DNA from: Gemmatimonadales bacterium | GTDB taxonomy: Bacteria > Gemmatimonadota > Gemmatimonadetes > Gemmatimonadales > GWC2-71-9 | Assembly: GCA_035710265.1 (NCBI GenBank) | Contig: DASTDR010000331.1 | Location: forward strand, 2,750 to 66,749 | DNA: 64,000 bases | Reading direction: 5' to 3' | In this document: positions 62,241 to 64,000 of the stretch, piece by piece | Layout: each line of letters starts with the position of its first letter | Position numbering within the stretch: the stretch's first letter is position 1 | Notes under the pieces: model-generated | What the model was told of the DNA's origin: nothing | Databases searched by the model: none | The model's input: only the letters and a program-made list of their open reading frames with translations | Translations under genes and position numbers: made by a program

Positions 62241-63037
62241 GAAGCGGTCGCGGCGCGGGCAGGCGCCGGCGTCAGAAACTCGTGCACGATGCGGGCGGCG
62301 GCTTCGTCGGGAGTCAGCGACAGCCGCATCTCGCCCGCCGTCAGGCCGAGGTACTTCTTGGCATGCTGTTGCAGCGTCTTGGTCTGGGCGTAGCCCAGGC
62401 GCTTGGCGACGTCCTCGATCGTAAAGCCGGGATCGCGCAGCAGGCGGTGGGCGTACAGCACCCGTGCGGCCGCGAGGATTTCGCGCGGGCTCCGCAGGCC
62501 CGCGCGCGCAAACCAGCGCGCGCACGTGCCACGGTCAACGCGCGCCCGAGCGGCAAACTGTTGAATCGTCTGGACTTCACCCGGGGTGCGCAGCGCATCC
62601 TCGAGAACCCAGCGCAGCTCACTGGGCAACGGCGTGAGGGCCGCGCTCAGCTGATTGAACAGGCGCTGGGATGCGGAATGGGCCGCTTCCGCCGAGAGCA
62701 GCTCGCGCAACCGCGCCGGATGATCCTCCGTCCGGCTCAGGACGAGCTGCGTAATGCCGCATTTCCCCATGGCGAGCAGCACAGGCGCCAGCTCATTCGT
62801 CAGCATCGGCGTGTACAGGATCAACGGCAGCGACGGGAACAGGACGCGCAGGCGCTCGACCTCCTGGCCGCGCGAGCCGCCGAGCATCGGATCCACCACC
62901 GCGATCTCCACCGGCCGCCCGCGAATGGTTTCGAGCGCGGTGTCCCAAGTCGGCGCGCGCGCCAGCACGAAATCGGGCGCGACCGCGCTGCACAGGCGCT
63001 GGTACTGGATGTCCGAAACCGCCGCGAGGACCAGCAT
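62237..63037 (-). CDS. AraC-family regulator with an N-terminal receiver-like domain
   Basis: 266 aa with a C-terminal HTH_18 domain (..AARVLYAHRLLRDPGFTIEDVAKRLGYAQTKTLQQHAKKYLGLTAGEMR). The N-terminal half has a CheY-like fold pattern. Confidence 0.8.
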   Translation of the reverse strand: MLVLAAVSDIQYQRLCSAVAPDFVLARAPTWDTALETIRGRPVEIAVVDPMLGGSRGQEVERLRVLFPSLPLILYTPMLTNELAPVLLAMGKCGITQLVLSRTEDHPARLRELLSAEAAHSASQRLFNQLSAALTPLPSELRWVLEDALRTPGEVQTIQQFAARARVDRGTCARWFARAGLRSPREILAAARVLYAHRLLRDPGFTIEDVAKRLGYAQTKTLQQHAKKYLGLTAGEMRLSLTPDEAAARIVHEFLTPAPARAATAS

Positions 63038-63173
63038 TCCCCTACACGTCCTCCGATGAATTCACGTGTGCCGCAAAATCGCCCTACGATGCCGCAAAAA
63101 CGCCCTAAACCAATAGGCGAGCGCGGTTCAAGTTGGAGGACATCAGTCCCCTTCAACCCTCCGTGGAGGCCAT

Positions 63174-63302
63174 ATGGCTCGCCGTATCCGAATCGCCGTG
63201 ATGCTCGTGCTCCTCTCGTTCGCCGCTCTCTCCGCGACGGCATGTGCCGACGCGTCGGGGCCGAGCGAGACTACCTGCGATCAGAACAACCCGCTCTGCT
63301 AG
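63174..63302 (+). CDS. candidate small secreted or lipidated Cys-containing peptide (42 aa)
   Basis: The ATG follows GTGGAGG. The sequence is MARRIRIAVMLVLLSFAALSATACADASGPSETTCDQNNPLC, with a lipobox-like LSATAC. The mature ~19-aa part has three Cys. It is below the ORF-track cutoff. Confidence 0.4.
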   Translation: MARRIRIAVMLVLLSFAALSATACADASGPSETTCDQNNPLC

Positions 63303-63305
63303 TAG

Positions 63306-63995
63306 TCAGGCCTCGAGGGCTGCAAGGGAGGCCGACACCTCCCTGAGCGATTCTGTTTGAATAGCCGCACGGACTGCGGTGCTTCCGACATCCTCGGGAG
63401 CGCCGCAGGTCGTGAGGCCACCCATCATCCGCTCGACCCGGAACACCATTTCGTTGAGGTCGTGCGCCTGCGCGATCTCGTGCGCCTGCGTCAGCTCCGC
63501 CTCGGCACGACGGAAGTTCTCGAACCGGGCGAACCCGATGCCCGCCTTCAGGTGATAGTCGGCCCGGATGTTGGGGGCGCAGTGGTGATCGTTCGCGAAT
63601 ATCCGCTCGCGCCAGCGCTCGAAGCTCACGCGATCACGCCGGAAGGACGCGCAGTTCATTAGCTCGATCATCGCGTTCACAACGAGCTCCGGCGTTGTGC
63701 GGCAGCGCAGCACCCGCTGCAACGCCCGCTCGGCGGCCTCGACTTCGCCGAGCGATACCAAGGCGAATCCCAGGTCGCCTATCGCGCGCGCCTGCATCGC
63801 TTCGTCGTCGTACAGCTCGTAGGAACGCCACAGGTGCGGAACACCTTCATGCGCCTGGCCGCGCCGCACCAGGACGTTGCCCAGGCCGTGCTCGGCCTGC
63901 GCCTCGATCGGTTGGGATCCTTCGGCGATCGCATCCGCGAGGACGGATCGCCAGGCGGTCTCGGCGCCCGCCAGATTGCCGCGAAAATGGAGCAC
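63306..63995 (-). CDS. TPR-repeat protein (5' end may lie beyond the window)
   Basis: It has repeated TPR-like helices (..AEAELTQAHEIAQAH.., ..GEVEAAERALQRVL..). The ORF reaches within 5 nt of the window edge. Confidence 0.65.
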   Translation of the reverse strand: MLHFRGNLAGAETAWRSVLADAIAEGSQPIEAQAEHGLGNVLVRRGQAHEGVPHLWRSYELYDDEAMQARAIGDLGFALVSLGEVEAAERALQRVLRCRTTPELVVNAMIELMNCASFRRDRVSFERWRERIFANDHHCAPNIRADYHLKAGIGFARFENFRRAEAELTQAHEIAQAHDLNEMVFRVERMMGGLTTCGAPEDVGSTAVRAAIQTESLREVSASLAALEA

Positions 63996-64000
63996 GTTGC

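Noticed and set aside
1-64000. CRISPR arrays, transposases, integrases, prophage genes, rRNA or tRNA genes, defence-system genes
   Set aside because: I scanned all intergenic regions and ORF translations by eye. I saw no spaced direct-repeat arrays, no DDE, tyrosine or serine recombinase motifs, no tRNA-like T-arm sequences and no recognisable defence-system domains. The window looks like core chromosome rather than a mobile island.

Overview
This is a high-GC bacterial chromosomal window (roughly two-thirds G+C by eye, not computed). I could run no searches or RNA models, so every family call comes from motifs read in the translated ORFs. I call about 60 protein-coding genes. I saw no rRNA, tRNA, CRISPR array, transposase or integrase. 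The surface-protein repertoire (BACON-like Ig repeats, PD40/TolB propellers, LVIVD propeller, FlgD-Ig/T9SS-like tails) and a coproporphyrin-type haem pathway suggest a Gemmatimonadota- or Acidobacteriota-like organism; this is inference only.

Layout:
- 226-4838 (-): four-gene surface-protein operon.
- 4960-8757 (+): candidate SAM-II-like riboswitch with a terminator/antiterminator, followed by metH.
- 8775-12673: nfu, an ATP-grasp gene, a methyltransferase and greA.
- 12774-31268 (+): about 18.5 kb of co-directional, mostly overlapping genes. In order: Mrp/NBP35, a zinc-ribbon protein, a 1256-aa surface protein, a ferredoxin, a tandem-Usp fusion, a radical-SAM/SPASM enzyme, a CydA-like membrane protein with no cydB, three c-type cytochromes (one carrying an EB_dh-like domain), a blue-copper lipoprotein, aa3-type cytochrome c oxidase subunits I-IV and ctaB.
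- 31623-35649 (+): hemQ(chdC)-Rieske fusion, hemE, hemH and hemY.
- 35659-56020: housekeeping genes (tkt, lepB, infA, csp), chemotaxis genes, a BTAD regulator and lipoproteins.
- 56021-56600: non-coding gap.
- 56601-63037 (-): operon of AraC-like regulator, receiver, MerR-like regulator, LemA, HtpX, an acyltransferase and an amidohydrolase.

Best candidate for an undescribed system: the cytochrome-bd-like, cytochrome c, EB_dh and cupredoxin module at 21350-26920. Next to it sit a radical-SAM enzyme and four copies of a ChlB/BchB C-terminal-like (PCP_red) tetrapyrrole-associated module, spread over three neighbouring proteins.

Other notable points:
- a HemQ-Rieske fusion;
- a hemE gene whose conserved N-terminus has no usable start codon;
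- several genes that seem to need CTG starts;
- the structured 0.58-kb orphan non-coding region at 56021-56600.
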